From: the human T2T-CHM13v2.0 reference genome, Homo sapiens
Strand: one strand, 5' to 3'
NCBI RefSeq assembly: GCF_009914755.1
Contig: NC_060940.1
Length of the DNA stretch: 64,000 bases
The translations under genes were made by a program, and so were the position numbers. The notes beneath the pieces were generated by a model, which was not told the DNA's origin, searched no databases, and was given only the letters and a program-made list of their open reading frames with translations. This document shows, piece by piece, positions 47,201 to 63,269 of this stretch (its first letter is position 1; each line of letters begins with the position of its first letter).

Positions 47201-50200
47201 TCGAACGGACTCATATGGATTCATCATCAAATGGAGTCAAATGGAATCATCGTCTAATGGAATCAAAAGGAATCATCATCGAATGGAATTGCATGGAAAC
47301 ATCATCGAATTGAATCAAATGGAATCATCATGGAATTGAATCAAATGGCTCATGATCAAATGGAATCAAATGGAATCATCGAATGGAATCGAATGGAATC
47401 ATCATCAAATGGAATCTTCGAATGGAATCGAATGAAAATATCATCGAATGAAACCGAATGGAATCATCAAATGCAACAGAATGGAATCACTGAATGGATT
47501 CAAATGGAATCATCATCGAACGGAATTGAATGGAATCATTGAAGGCACTCAAAAGGAATCATTGAATGGACTCGAAAAGAATCATCATCAAGTGGAATCA
47601 AATGGAATCATCGAACAGATTCAAAAGGAAACTTTGAATGAACTCTAATGGAATCATCATCGAATGGAACCTAATGGAATCATCGAATGGACTCGAATGG
47701 AGTCCTCATCGATTGTAATCACAGGGAATCACTGAATGGACTCGAATGGAAACTTCGAATGGCCTCAAATTTAATCATCATTAAATGGAATCGAATGTAA
47801 TTATCGAATGGATTCGAATGGAATCATTGAATGGACTTGAAAGCAATCATTATCGAGTGGAATCGAATGAAATCATCAAGTGGACTCGAATGTATTCATC
47901 GAATGGCCTCGAATGAAATCATCATCGAATGGACTTGAATGGAATCATCGAATGGACTCAAATAGAATCACCATTGAGCAGAATCAAATAGAATCATCGA
48001 ATGGACTCAAATGGAATAATCATCGAATGGAATCAAATGAAATCATCATCAGATGGAATAGAATGGAATCATCACTGAATGGAATCAAATGGAATCATTG
48101 AAGGGAATGAGATGGAATCATCATGGAATGGAATCAAATAGAAGCATCTAATAAAATCGAATGGAATCATCATCAAACGGACTCAAATGGAATCATCATC
48201 AAATGGAGTCGAATGGAATCATCGTCTAATGGAATCAAAAGGAATCATCAACGAATGGAATAGAATGGAAACATCATCGAATTGAATCAAATGGAATCAT
48301 CATGGAATTGAATCGAATGGCTCATCATCAAATGGAATCGAATGGAATCATCGAATGGAATCATCATTGAATGGAATCTTCGAAAGGAATCGAATTGAAT
48401 CATCATCGAATGGAATCAAATGGAACCATCGAATGAAATCGAATGGAATCATCATCGAAGGGAGTCAAATGGAAACATCATCAAATGTAATCTAATGTAA
48501 TCATCAATGAAGGGAATCGAAAGGAATCATCATCGAATGGAATCAAATGGAATCATCAAAAGGAATGGAATCAGATGATAAAATGGACTCGAACGGAATC
48601 ACTATAGAATGGAATCTAATAGATTCTTCGGATGGGCTCAAAGGGAATCATCATCGAATGGAATCGATTGGAATCATTGAATGCACTCAAATGGAATCAT
48701 CATCGAATGGAATTGAATGGAATCATTGAATGGACTCGAATGGAATCATCATCAAATGGAATCCACTGGAATCATCGAATGAAATGGAATGGAATTATCG
48801 GATGGAATCGAATGGAATCATCTTTGAATGGAATGGAATGGAATCATCGAATGGAATCGAATGCAATCATCATTGAATGGAATCGAATAGAATCATCAAA
48901 TGGAATCGAATGGAGTCACCATTGAATGGACTCGAATGGAATCATAATTGAATAAAACCAGAAGGAGTCATAGAATGGACTGGAATGGAATCATCATCGA
49001 ATGGAATCGAATGGAATCATCGCATGGAATCAAATGGAATCATCATGAAATGTAATCAAATGGAATCATCAAATGGAATTGAATGGAAACATCATCAAAT
49101 GGAATCGAATGGAATCATAGAATGTTATCAAATGGAATCATCAACGAATGGGATCGAATGGAATCATCATCGAATGGAATCGATTAGAACCATCAAATGG
49201 AATCGAATGGAATCAACATCGAATGGAATCAAATGGAATCATAGAATGTTATCAAATGGAATCATCATCGAATGGAATAGAATGGAATAATCATTGAATG
49301 GAATCAAATGGAATCATCTATCGGACACGAATGGAATCATCATTGAATGGAATAGAATAGAATCATCATCGAATGGTATCCAAAGGAATCATCAAATGGA
49401 TCTGAATGGAATCACCATAGAATTGAATAGAATGGAATCATCATCGATTGGAATTGAATGGAATCATCTAATGGACTGCAATAGAAACATCATCGAATGT
49501 AATCATCTATTGTACCCGAATGGAATCATCATGAAATGGAATCAAATGGGATCATCGAATGGACTCGAATAGAATCATCATCAAATGGAATCGAATGGAA
49601 TCATCTAATGGAACCGAATGGAATCATCATTGAATGGAATCAAATGGAAACCACGAATGGACTAGAATGGAATCATCATCGAATATAATTGAAACAATCA
49701 TCAAATGTAGTCGAATGGAAACATCGAATGGAATCAAATGGAATCATCATCGAATGAAATCACATGGAATCATTGAATGGACTCGAAAGGAATGGTCGTC
49801 AAATGGAATAGAATGGAATCATGGAATGGAATCCAATGGAATCATCTTCGAATAGAATTGAATGGAATCATCGAATGGACTCGAATGGAGTCATCATCAG
49901 ATGGAATCGAATGGAATCATCGAATAGAATCGAATGTAATCGTCATCGAATGAAATCGCATTGAATTATCGAATGGACTCGAATGGAATCATCGTTGAAT
50001 GGAATTGAATAGAATCATTGAATGGACTCGAATGTAATCATCATTGAATGGAATGGAATAATCAAATGGATTCGAATGTAATCATCATCGAATGAAATAG
50101 AAAGGAATCATCGAATGGAATCATCATCAAATGGAATCAAATAGAATGATCTAACGGACTGGAATGCAATCATTGTTGAATGAAATCGAAAAGAAACATC

Positions 50201-53200
50201 GAATAGACACGAATTGAATCATTATGGAATGGAATCGAATGGAGTCATCATCAAATGGAATCGTATAGAATCCTCATCAAATGGAATTGAATGGAATCAT
50301 CGAATGCAATAGAATAGAATAATCTCAGAATGGAAACAAACGGAATCTTCAAATGAAATCAAATGGAATGATCATTGAATGGAATCAAATGGAATCATCA
50401 TCAAATGGAATCAAAAAGAATCATCATCAAATGGAATGGAATGGAATCATCGAATGGACTTGAACGTAATCATCATCGAATGGAATCAAACCTAATCTTC
50501 GAATGGACTCGAATGGAATTATGATTGAATGGAACCGAATGTTGTCTTCGAATGCACTCGAATGGAAAAATCATCGAATGCAATCGAAGGGAATCATCAT
50601 CGAATGGAATCGATTGGAATTATCATCGGATGGAATTGAATGGAATCGCGAATGGAATAGAATTGAGTCAACATCGAATGGAATCGAATAGAATCATCAA
50701 ATGAAATCGAATGGAATCATCATCGAATGGAATCGAATGGAATCATCATCGAATGGAATCAAATCGAATCAGCATCGAATGGAATCAAATGGAATCATCA
50801 AAGAATGGAATCAAATGGAATCATCATTGACAGGAATCAGATGGAATAATCACCGAATGGAATCGAATGGAATCATTGAATGGAATCCAATGTAATCATC
50901 ATCGAATTGAACCCAATGGAATCATTACATGGAGTCAAATGGAATCATCGAATTGACCCAAATGGAATCATCATTGAATGGAATAGAATGGAATCATCGA
51001 ACAGAATCGAATTGAATCATCATCAAATTAAATCAAATGGAATCATAGAATGGTCTCGATTGGAATCATCATCAAATGGAATCAAAAGGAATCATCGAAT
51101 GGACTTGAATGGAATCACTGAATGGACTCGAAAGGAATCATCATCGAATGGAATCAAATGGAATTATCAAATGGATATGAATGGAATCGCCATTGAATGG
51201 AATCGAATGGTATCATCGAATCGACTCTAATGGAATCATCATCAAATGGAATCGAAAGGAATAATCAAAAGTACTCGAATGGAATCATTGAATGGACTCG
51301 AATGGAATCATCACCAAATGGAATAGAATGGAATCATTGAATAGAATCGAATATAATAATCATCAAATGAAATTGCATAAAATCATGGAATGGACACGAA
51401 TAGAGTTGTCATCAAATGGAATTGAATGGAATCATCGAATAGACTTCTATGGAATAATCATCAAATGGAATGGAAAGGAATCATCAAATGAAATCAATAG
51501 AATCATCATCGAATGAAATTAAATGGAATAATTGAATGGCACAAAATGGAATCATCTTCGAATGGAATAGAATGGAATCATCTAACGGACGTGAATGGAA
51601 TAATCATCAAATCGAATCGAATGGAAACATTGAATGGACAAAATGGAATCATCAACGAATGGAATTGAATGGAATCATCATGAAATCAAATCGAATAGAA
51701 TCGTCATTGTATGGAATCGAATGGAATCATCATCGAATGTAATTGAATGGAATCATCATCAAATGTAATTAAATGGAATCATCACTTAAAGGAATCGAAT
51801 GCATTCATCATCAAATGGAACCGAACAGAGTCATCATCGAATGGAATTGAATGGAATTGTAATCAAATGGAATCGAATGGAATCATCAAATGGACACGAA
51901 TGCAATCATCGACTGTGCTTCAATGGAATCATCATGGAATGGAATCAAATGGAATCATCGAATGGGCTCGAATGGAATCATCATCGAATGTAATTGAATG
52001 GAATCATCATCAAATGTAATTGAATGGAATCATCACTTAAAGGAATCGAATGCATTCATCATCAAATGGAACCGAACAGAGTCATCATCGAATGGAATTG
52101 AATGGAATTGTAATCAAATGGAATCGAATGGAATCATCAAATGGACACGAATGCAATCATCGACTGTGCTTCAATGGAATCATCATGGAACGGAATCAAA
52201 TGGAATCATCGAATGGGCTCGAATGGAATCATCATCGAATGGAAACAGATGGAATCATAGAATGGACTTGAATGGAATTATTGAATGGACTCGAATGGAA
52301 TCATCATTGAATGGAATTGAATGGAATCATCGAAAGGTCTGAAATGGAATCATTATCGAATGGAATCGAATGGAATCATCAAATGGAATCAAATGGAATC
52401 ATCATCGAAAGGAATTGAATAGAATCGGCATCGAATAGAATAGAATGGAATCATCATCGAATGGAATCGAATGGAATTTTCATCAAATGGAAGCAAATGG
52501 AATCATCATTGAATAGATTCGAATGGGATCATCGAATAAATTGAATGGAATCTTCATCAAAAATAATCGAATAAAACAAAGAATGGAATACAACATACTC
52601 ATTGAATGGAATCGAATGGAATCATCATTGAAAGGACTCGAATGGAATCATCATCGAATGGAGTCGAATGGAATCATATAATGGACTTGAATGGAATCAT
52701 CAAATGTACTCGAATGGCATCATCATCGAATGGAATCATATGAAATCATGGAACACACACGAATGGAATCATCGAATGGACTCAAATGGAATCAACGTCA
52801 GCTGGAATCGAAAGGAAATATCGAATGGACTCGAATGGAAACATCATTGAATGGAATCTAATGGAATCATCGAATAGACTCGATTGGAATCGTCATTGAA
52901 CGGAGTCAAATGGAATCATCGAATGGAATCAAATAGAATCATCATCAAATGGAATCAATTGGAATCATCAATGAATGGTATCCAATGGAGTCATGGAATG
53001 GAGTCCATAGGAATCATCATAGAATGGAACCGAATGCAGACAACATCAACTGGAATCAAATGGAACAATCGAATGGACTCGATGGAATCATCATCGAATG
53101 GAATCAGAAGAAATCATCGAATGGACTAGAATGGAATTATTATCGAGTGGAATTGAAAGGAATCATCCAATGGTCTTGAATGGAATCATTGAATGTACTC

Positions 53201-56200
53201 GAATGGAATCATCATCGAATGGAATCAAAAGAAATCATCCAATGGACTTGAATGGAATCATTGAATGTACTTGAATGGAATCACCATCGAATGCAATACA
53301 ATGGAATCATCCAATGGACCCGAATGGTATCAACATTGAATGGAATCGAATGGAATCATCATCGAAAGCAATCAAATGGAATCATCAATTGGACCCGAAT
53401 GGAATCATCATCGAATAGAATTGAATGGAATCATTGAATGGAATCATCACCAAATGGAGTCCAATGAAATCATCAAATACACTTGAATGGAATCATCATA
53501 GAATGGAATTGAATGAAATCATCGAATGGAATCGAATGGAATCATCATTGAATGGAATTGAATAGTATCATCGAATGCACTCGAATGGAATCATCAATGA
53601 ATGGTATCATTGAATGGAATCAGGTGGAATAATCTTCAATTGGCATCAAAATAAATCACCGAATGGTCTTGAATGGAATAATCATCGAAAGGAATTGAAT
53701 GGAATCATCGAATCGAATCGAACGGAATCATCATCAAACGGAATCGAATGAAATCATTGATCGGATTTGAATGGAATCATCATCAAATGGAATCAAATTG
53801 AATCATCATCGAATGGAATCGAAAAGGATCAACACCAAATGGAGTCGAATGGAATCATCATCAAATGGAATCCAAAGGAATCATCATCGAATGGAACCGA
53901 ATGGAATCATCAACGAATGGAAACGAAAAGAGTCATCATCAAGTGGAATCGCATGGAATCGTCATCGAACGGAACCGAATGGAATCATCCTCAAATGGAA
54001 TCTGATGGAATCATCGAATGGAATTGAATTGGAATCATCATCAAATTAATTGAATGGTATCATCGAATGGTCTTGAAAGGAATCATTATCTAATGGAATC
54101 GAAAGGAATCATCGAATGGATTCAAATGGAATCATCGAATGGACACAAATGGAATCATCATCAAATGGACTTAAAGGGAATGATCGAATGGACTCGAATT
54201 GAATCATCCATTGGACTCAAATGGAGTTATCGAATGGGCTTGAATGGAATCATCGAATGGACTCGAATGGAATCATTATTGAATGGAATCAAATGGAATC
54301 ATCGAATGGAATCGAATGGAATCATTGAATGGAATCGATCAGAATCATCATGAAATGGAATCAGATGGAATCTTCGAATGGAATTGAATGCAGTCATCAT
54401 CGAATGGAATCAAATGGAATCATCGTAGAATAGAATAGAATTGAATCACCAAATGGAATCGAATGCAATCATCGTCGATTGTATTCGAATGGAATCTTCA
54501 AGTGGAATCAAATGGAATCATCAAATGGAATTGAAAGGAATCAGCATTGAACGAAATTGAATGGAATCATCATTGAATAGAATTGAATGGAAACATTGAA
54601 TGGAATAATCATAAAATGGAGTCCAATGGAATCATCAAATGGACTCGAATGGTATCATCGAATGGACTCGATTGGAATCATCGAATGGACTCGAATGGAA
54701 TCATCATGCAATGGAATCAAATGAAATCATACTCAAATGGAATTGAATGGGATCATCACTGAAAGGAATTGAATGGAATCATCAAATTAAACCAGATGGA
54801 ATCATCATCGAATGGAATCGAATGGAATCATCGAATGAAATCAAATGGAATCATCATCAAATGGAGTCGAATTAAATCATCATCGAATGTAATCCAATGG
54901 AATCATCAATGAAGGGAATCGAATGGAATTATCATTGAATGGAATCAAATGGAATCATCAATGAATGGAATCCAATGGAATCATCGAATGAAATCTAATG
55001 GAATCTTCATCAAATGGAATCTTATGGAATCATCGAATGGACACGCATGGAATCATCATCAAAAGAAATCGAATGTAATCATAGAATGAAATCAAATGGA
55101 ATCATCATTGAATGGAATCGAATAGAATCATCGAATGGAATCAAATGGAATTATCAAATAATGGAATCGAATGGAATCATTTAATCGACTCGAATGGAAT
55201 CTTCATCGAATGTAATCGAATGGAATCATCCAATGGCCTTGAATGGAATCATCATCAAATGCAATCTAACGGCATCATGGAATGGAATCAAATGGAATCA
55301 TCATCGCATGGAATCAAATGGAATCATCAAATGGAATCGAATGGAATCATCGAATGGTACCGAATGCAGTCATTCTCGAATGGAATCGAATGGAATCATT
55401 GAATGGACTCAAATGCAATCATCATCGAATGGAATCGAATGGAATCATGGAATGGACTCGAATACAATCATTGAATAGACACGAATGGAATCATCATCAA
55501 ATGGAATAGAATGGAATCATCGAATGGACTCGAATGGAATTATCATTGAATGGAATCGAATGGAATCACTGAACGAATTTGAATGGAATCATCATTGAAT
55601 GGAAAGGAATCTCATCATTGAATGTATTCGAATGGAATCATCATCGAATGGAATCATGTGGAATCGTCGAATGAACTCGTAATGAATCATAATCGAATGG
55701 AATCATAAGGAATCATCATCGAATGGAATCACATGGAATCATCATCGAATGGAATCATGCGGAATCATCATAGAATGGAATTGAATGGAATCATCAGTTG
55801 GACTCGAATGGAATCATAAAATGGATGAAAAGGGAAGCATCGAATGGACTCAAACCGAATCATCATCGAATGGAATCAAATGGAATCACTGAAAGGACTC
55901 GAATCGAAACATCAAATGGACTCAAATGGAATCATTATAGAATGGAATTGAAAAGAGTCCTTGGATGGACTTGAATGGAATCATCTTTGAATGGAATCGA
56001 TTGGAATCATCGAATGCACTCGAATGGAATCATCATCAAATGGAATTGAATGGCGTCATTGAATGGACTTGAATGGAATCATCATCAAATGGAATCCATA
56101 GGAATCATAGGATGAAATCAAATGGAATTATCGAATTGAATCGAATGGAATCATCTTTGAATGGAATCAAATGGAATCATCGAATGGAATCGAATGCAAT

Positions 56201-59200
56201 CATCATTGAATGGAATCAAATGGAATCATCAAATGGAATCTAATTTAAACACCATTGACTCAATGGACTCAAGTGGAAACATCATTGAATAGAATCAGAA
56301 GGAATCATTGAATGGACTCGAATGGAATCATCATTGAATAGAATCAAATGGAATCATCGAATGGAATTGAATGGAATCATCATCAAATGTAATTAAATGG
56401 AATCATCCAATTGAATCGAACGGAATCATCATCAAGTGGAATCGAATAGGATCAGTGAATTAAATCGAATGGAATCAACATTGAATGGAATCAAATGGAA
56501 TCATTAGCGAATGGAATTGAAAGCAATCATTGAATGGACTCGAATAGAAACATCAAATGGACTTGAATGGAACCAACATTGAATGGAGTAGAATGGAATC
56601 ATTGAATGGACCTAAATGAAATCATCATCGAATGGAATAGAATGGAATCAACTAATTTACAAGAATGGAATCATCATCGAATAGAATAGAATGGAATCAA
56701 CTAATTTACACGAATGGAATCATCATCAAATGGAATAAAAATGGAATCATCAACGAATGGAATGTAATGGAATCACCTAATGGACACGAATGGAATCATC
56801 ATTGAATGGAATAGAAACGAATCGTCATCGAATGGAATCCAATGGAATTATCAAATGGATCGGAATGGAATCATCAGAGAATTGAATAGCATGTAATCAT
56901 CATCGAATGGAATTGAAAGGAATCATCTAATGAACAGGAATAGAATCATCATTGAATGGAATCATCTTTTGTACCCGAATGGATTCATCATGGAATGGAA
57001 TAGAATGGAATCATAGAGTGGAAACAAATGGAATCACCATTGTATGGAATCGAGTGGAATCATCATTGAATGGAATAGAATGGAATCATTGGAGAATGGA
57101 ATTGAATGGAATCATCGAATGAACTCGAATGGAATCATCATCGAATGGAATCGAATGGAATCATCTAATGGACCCCAATGGAATCATCATCGAATGGAAT
57201 TGAATGGAATCATCGAATGGACTCGAATGGAATCATCATCGAATGGAATCGAATGGAATCACCTAATCTACCCGAATGGAATCCTCATCGAATGGAACTG
57301 AATGGAATCATCGAATGGACTTGAATGCAATCATCAACGAATATAATTGAAAACAATCATCAAATGGATTCGAATGGAATCATCGAATTGACTCAAATGG
57401 AATCATCATGGAATGAAATCAAACGGAAACATCGAATGGACACGAATGGAATATTCATTGAATGGAATTGAATGGAATCATTGAATGGAATCAAATGGAA
57501 TCATCATTGAATAGAATTCAATGGAATTATCGAATGGACTCGAATGGAATCATCATCAAATGGAATCGAATGGAATCATCGAATAGAATCGAAAGTAATC
57601 GTCTTCGAATGAAATCGCATTGAATTATCGAATGAACTGGAATGGAATCATCATAGAATGGAATCGAATGGAATCGTCAAATGGACTCAAATGGAATCAT
57701 CATCGAATGGAATGGAATGGAATCATCAAGTGGATTTGAATGGAATCATCATTGAATGAAATCGAATAGAATGATCTAACTGACTCGAATGGAATCATCG
57801 TCAAATGGAATCAAATGGAAGCCTCGAATGGACACGAATGGAATCATTATCAAATGGAAACGAATGTAATCATCATCAAATGGAATCGAATAGAATCCTC
57901 ATCGAATGGAATAGAATAGAATCATCTCAGAATGGAAACAAATGTAATCATTGAATGAAATCAAATTGAATCATCATCAAATTGAATTGAATGGAATCTT
58001 CATCAAATGGTATCGAATAGAATCATCATCAAATAGAATGGAATGGAATCATCGAATGGATAGGAAAGGAATCATCATCAAATGGAATCGAGTATAATCT
58101 TCGAATGGACCCGAATGGAATCATGATTGAATGGAATCGAATGGAATCTTCGAATGCACTCGAATGGAATCATCATCGAATGCAATCAAATGGAATCAGC
58201 ATCAAATGGAATCAAATGGAATCATCATCGAATGGAATTGAAAGGAATCCTCGAATGGAATATAATTGAATCATCATCAAATGGAATCGAATAGAATCAT
58301 CGAATAAAATCGAATGGAATCATCATCAAATGGAATCGAATGGAGTCATAATCGAATGGAATCGAATGGAATCGAATGGAATCATCATCGAATGGAATCG
58401 AATGGAATCATCAACGAATGGAATTGAATGGAATCATCATTGACATGAATCGAATGGAATAATCAACGAATGGAATAGAATGGAATCATTGAATGGAATC
58501 CCATGTAATCATCATTGAATTGAAACCAATGGAATCATTACCTGGACTCGAATTGCATCTTCGAACAGACTCAAATGGAATAATCATTGAATCAAAAAGA
58601 ATGGAATGATCGAACAGAATCGAATGGAATCATCGAACAGAATTGAATGGAATCATCATCGAATGAAATCAAATGGAATCATCGAATGGACTTGAATGGA
58701 ATCATCATCGAATGGAATTGAATGGAATCATCAAATGATCTCGAATGGAATCATCATCGAATGCAATCAAAAGGAAACATCAAATGGGCTTCAATGGAAT
58801 CATTGAATGGACTCGAATGGAATCATCATCAAATGGTATTGAATGGAATCATCCAATGGAAATGAATGGAATCATCATCGAATGGAATCAAATAGAAACA
58901 TCATTGATTAGAATCGAATGGAATCATTATCAAATGGAATCTAATGAAGTCATCAACGAATGGAATCTAATGGAGTCATCATCTAAAGGAATAGAATGGA
59001 ATCAGCAAGGAATGGAATCGAATGGAGAAATCGAATGTAATCTGTTGGAATCATCATTGAATGGAACTGAATGTAGTCATCAGAGAATGGAATCGAATGG
59101 AATTAATGAAGGGACTCGAGTGGAATCATCATTGAATTGAATCAGATGGAATCATTGAATGGAATCGAATGGAAACATCATCAAATGGAATCGAATGGAA

Positions 59201-60778
59201 TCATCGAATGCACTCTAATGGAATTATCATTGAATGGAATCAAATGGAATCAAATGGAATCATTGAATGGACTCTAATGGAATCATCATGGAATGGAATT
59301 GAACGGAATCATCAAATGGACTCGAATGGAATCATTGAATGGACTCGAATGGAATCATCATTGAATGGAATCGAGTGAAATCCTCAAATGGAATCAAATG
59401 GAATCATCAATTGGAATCGAATGGAATCATCATCAAATGGAATCGAATGGAATCATCTAATGGAATCGAACGCAATCAACAATGAATGGAATTGAATGGA
59501 ATCATCATCGAATAGAATCAAATGGAATCATCGAATAGAATCGAATGGAATCATCGTCAAGTTTAATTGAGTGGAATCATCGAATGGAATCGAGTGGAAT
59601 CATTGTCGATTGGAATGGAATGGAAATGAATGGAAATGAATGGAATCACCAATTAATGGAATCGAATGGAATCATCATCGAATGGAATTGAATGGAATCA
59701 TTGAATGGACTAGAATGCAATCATCATTGAATGGAATCACATGGAATCATCATCAAATGAAATCATACGGAATCATCATTGATGGGAATTGAATGGAATG
59801 AAAAATTGGACTCGAATGGAATCATCAAAAGAACTCGAATGGAAGCGTCAAATGGACTCGAATGGAATCATCATTGAATGGAATCAAATTGAATCATCTA
59901 ATGGACTAGAATGGAATAATCATCGAATAGAATTGAATGGAATCATAGAATGGACTCGAATGGAATCATCATCAGATGGAATCGAATGGAGTCATTGAAT
60001 AGAATCGAATGAATCATCATAAAATGAAATTGCATTGAATCATTGAATAGACAAGAATGGAGTCATCATCGAATGGAATCGAGTGGAATCATTGAATGGA
60101 CTCGAATGGAATAATCATCGAATGGAATGGAAAGGAATCATCAAAAAGAAATCAATGGAATCATTATCGAATGAAATCAAATGGAATAATCGAATGACAC
60201 GGAATGGAATGATCATCGAATGGAATCAAATGGAATCATCTGACGGACTCGAATGGAATAATCATCAGTTGGTATCGAATGGAAACATCAAATGGACACA
60301 AATGGAATCATCACTGAAAGGAATAGAATGGAATCATCATCAAATGGAATCGAATAGAATCACCATCGAATGGAATCGAATGGAATCATCGAAGGTAATA
60401 GAATGGAATCATCATCGAATGGACACAAATGGAATGATCGAATGAAATCAAATGGAATAATCATCGAATGGAATCCAATGGAATCATCATCGAATGTAAC
60501 TGAATGAAATCATCACTGAAAGGAATCGAATGGATTCATGATCAAATGGAACCAAACAGAGTCATCATTGAATGGAATTGAATGGAATCATAATCGAATG
60601 GAATCGAATGGAATCATCAAATGAACTCTAATGCAGTCATTGACTGGGCTTCAATGGAATCATCATGGAATGGAATCGAATGGAATCATCGAACGGACTC
60701 GATTGGAATCATCATTGAATGGAATCAAGTGGAATCCTCGAATGGAATCAAATGGAATCATCAAATGGAATCGAACAG
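44265..60778 (+). repeat. Human satellite II (HSATII) array, ~16.5 kb, diverged
   Basis: continuous GAATG-derived 23/26-bp units ATCATCGAATGGAATCGAATGGA / GGACTCGAATGG. Confidence 0.98.
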
Positions 60779-60799
60779 ATTTATAAGAAACTTAGTTGA

Positions 60800-61165
60800 A
60801 CCAAAAAATAGAAAAACAAACAAACCAAAACCCACTAAAACTGTGATGAGCAAAGTAGACATCAGAACAGGAAATATCACTGGGGATGAAGAATAACATT
60901 TCAAAATGACAAAGGGGAAAATACACCAAGAAGTCATGTAAATAAGAAATATGTATGCACACAATAGCATTACTTCAAAATACATAATATTAAACCTATT
61001 AAAACTGAAAGGTAAAATAATAAAACCACAGTCATCCATGGGGATTTCCACAGTCTCCTGCCAGAAATTTTTAAATTTTGTTAAACGAAAAGTTGGTAAG
61101 GGTAGAGAGGATCTTATAAATATAATTAGCCAACTTGATCTAACTGAATCTTTTAGAATAATCTA
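60800..61165 (+). mobile_element. Old L1M ORF2 endonuclease fragment
   Basis: SKVDIRTGNITGDE; NMYAHN; DLINIISQLDL. Confidence 0.7.
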
Positions 61166-62309
61166 AGGATGAGGAATGAGGTAGCAGAGAAAGAAAAGGC
61201 AGACATCAACGTGACATTAGTGTTTCAAGGCTATGAGAATACACCAATAATGGTGTGTGTGTGTGTGCAGACGGTAAGCTCAATCTTAAAAATATTGAGT
61301 TTTAACTGACAATTCATTATTAGGAAAGATAAGAGGAAATGATATCTAGTGAGAGACTATATGACTGAACTCTAAGAGAAAGGTCACAGCAGAAATTGTG
61401 TACTTGACAGCTCTATAAACAGGTCAGTCGAAAATAAGTCAGTGATGAATTCTCTGGTGTAAAAGCAGAGGAATGAGGATTAGATTTAAAACACATGGAA
61501 GCAGAGTGACTTATGATAAAAACATGAGCTTGAAAATCCTGCAGAGAGGGCTTTAAATACTGGGTATGATATTCTGCTTGTGTAGGCAATAGTGATAAAA
61601 ACACAACAACAAAGAGAGGTAAAGAGCAATTTCCTTTGATGTAAGTAAAGGGCACGTCTTATTGCACATATTTATATATATATAGGTATTCAACTGAGAT
61701 TCAACATTTTTCTCTCATTGAAACAGCAAGCTCTCCAGGCCTTCATGTTCCCAGTGAGGTAGGTAAACTTCTGATGATTATACTCACCCTCCCTCATTGC
61801 AAAGCTCCCGTTGTTATTATCTTGGCTCTGGATTCCCTCAAAAATAGACTATGAAACAAATATCTGGGGTCAGATACTTTAATCAGAAATTGAGTGAGAA
61901 AGCACAGAAGTGGAGAAAATGAAACAGAACACGAAGCCAGTGTGAATGAGTAGTTACTGCTATGTGCTCCGTAATGATGGAGGTATGGACATTGTCTCAA
62001 AAAAACTTTACAAAGAGATGAGGATGCTGGAATCCCCATCTCTTATTGCTTAAGGATTGCCTTAGAATCATTAACTCCCCACCCCTAACTCCTTCTTTGT
62101 TCCTATGTGTGGTTGAGAAGCACTGGTTACCCTCAAGAAGCTTGCAGGCAGGCCCAAAAATCAGAAAGACAGGCATGATGTGGGGAGCTCTAAGTTAGCT
62201 GGAAACAGGTGAATTCCAGGTGAACACATTGAGTCCAGGACATAGAAGACAAGTCATCAGCAATATCTGCTATAGCCAGTTTTCTTTTTCTTTTTAAGAA
62301 CATATATAC

Positions 62310-62935
62310 TTTCTATTGGGGGTCCCCAATTCGCCCTTTGGTTTAAAGATTCACATAACTCAAAAAAGCTGATTTTTTCTGTGGTTATAGTTTCTAACAG
62401 TGAAAGAAACCAGATTAAAATAATCAGAAGCATAAAAGCACGTAAAGTTGAGTCCAGGACAAACCAGATGTGAGCTTACAGGTGTCCTTTCATAGTGGGG
62501 ACTTCACACTGACTAATTTTCTTTACAATGGTGTGAGACAACCTGTGTGAACTTCTTGCCAACTAGGGAAGCTCAGTCAGTCTTGAGTCCAGGGTTTTTA
62601 TTAGGAATCCACCACATATACATTGAGCGTCCTGTGACTGAACTTAGCTACTTAGTTCCCAACCTCCCTATGCCGTAAGAGAGGTCATATTAATATGGCA
62701 TTACACAAAGTCATAGGCATACAGAAACAGGTGCTCACAAGAAATCACGTTGTTAGCATCAGCTATTTGATATGACCTACTTTTTCAGGTATACAAAGAC
62801 TCTCATCAGGCAGCATATACCAAGGGCTCATAGGTTATCATCTGCCAGGAGCTTCTCAAGGGCCAGTTCTGAAGACCTTTGGAATGTGCAAGGTTTTGGA
62901 AAGCCATGTCTGCAGAATTAACCCTTCATTACACA
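62310..62935 (-). mobile_element. ERVL-type LTR (MER21/MER77-like)
   Basis: TATTGGGGGTCCCCAA...AACTAGGGAAGCTCA...TGCAGAATTAACCCTT. Confidence 0.6.
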
Positions 62936-63269
62936 ATATCCAAGAATTTTTTTAACTTTAAAAATGTTTTTTGATCTTTGACAATGTACCAACCAATACT
63001 GAGTAACCAATAATTAGTAACAACAGTGTACTCCTGAGTACTTGCACCTGCAAGGAGAAAAAGGACAGATGCACTTACATAGGACAGATGCAAATAGACA
63101 CCACTATGACAAGTAAAGCTGGAATAATCAATAAATTCCTAAAGACAAAGTGGGGCTGGTGAGATTGGGAGATGGCTGACAGCTGCAGAAGTTGGGAAAG
63201 ATCCATCATCTTGAAAACTTTTTCCCCACAAACCCACTGTGATCTCTCAAGCAATTGGTAAGGAATCCA

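Noticed and set aside
44265-60778. CRISPR-like or prokaryotic repeat array
   Set aside because: Head-to-tail satellite with no unique spacers or cas genes; the window is clearly primate DNA.
44368-60896. Dozens of ORFs rich in MESSSNGIEWNH
   Set aside because: Translation artefacts of the HSATII repeat, not genes.
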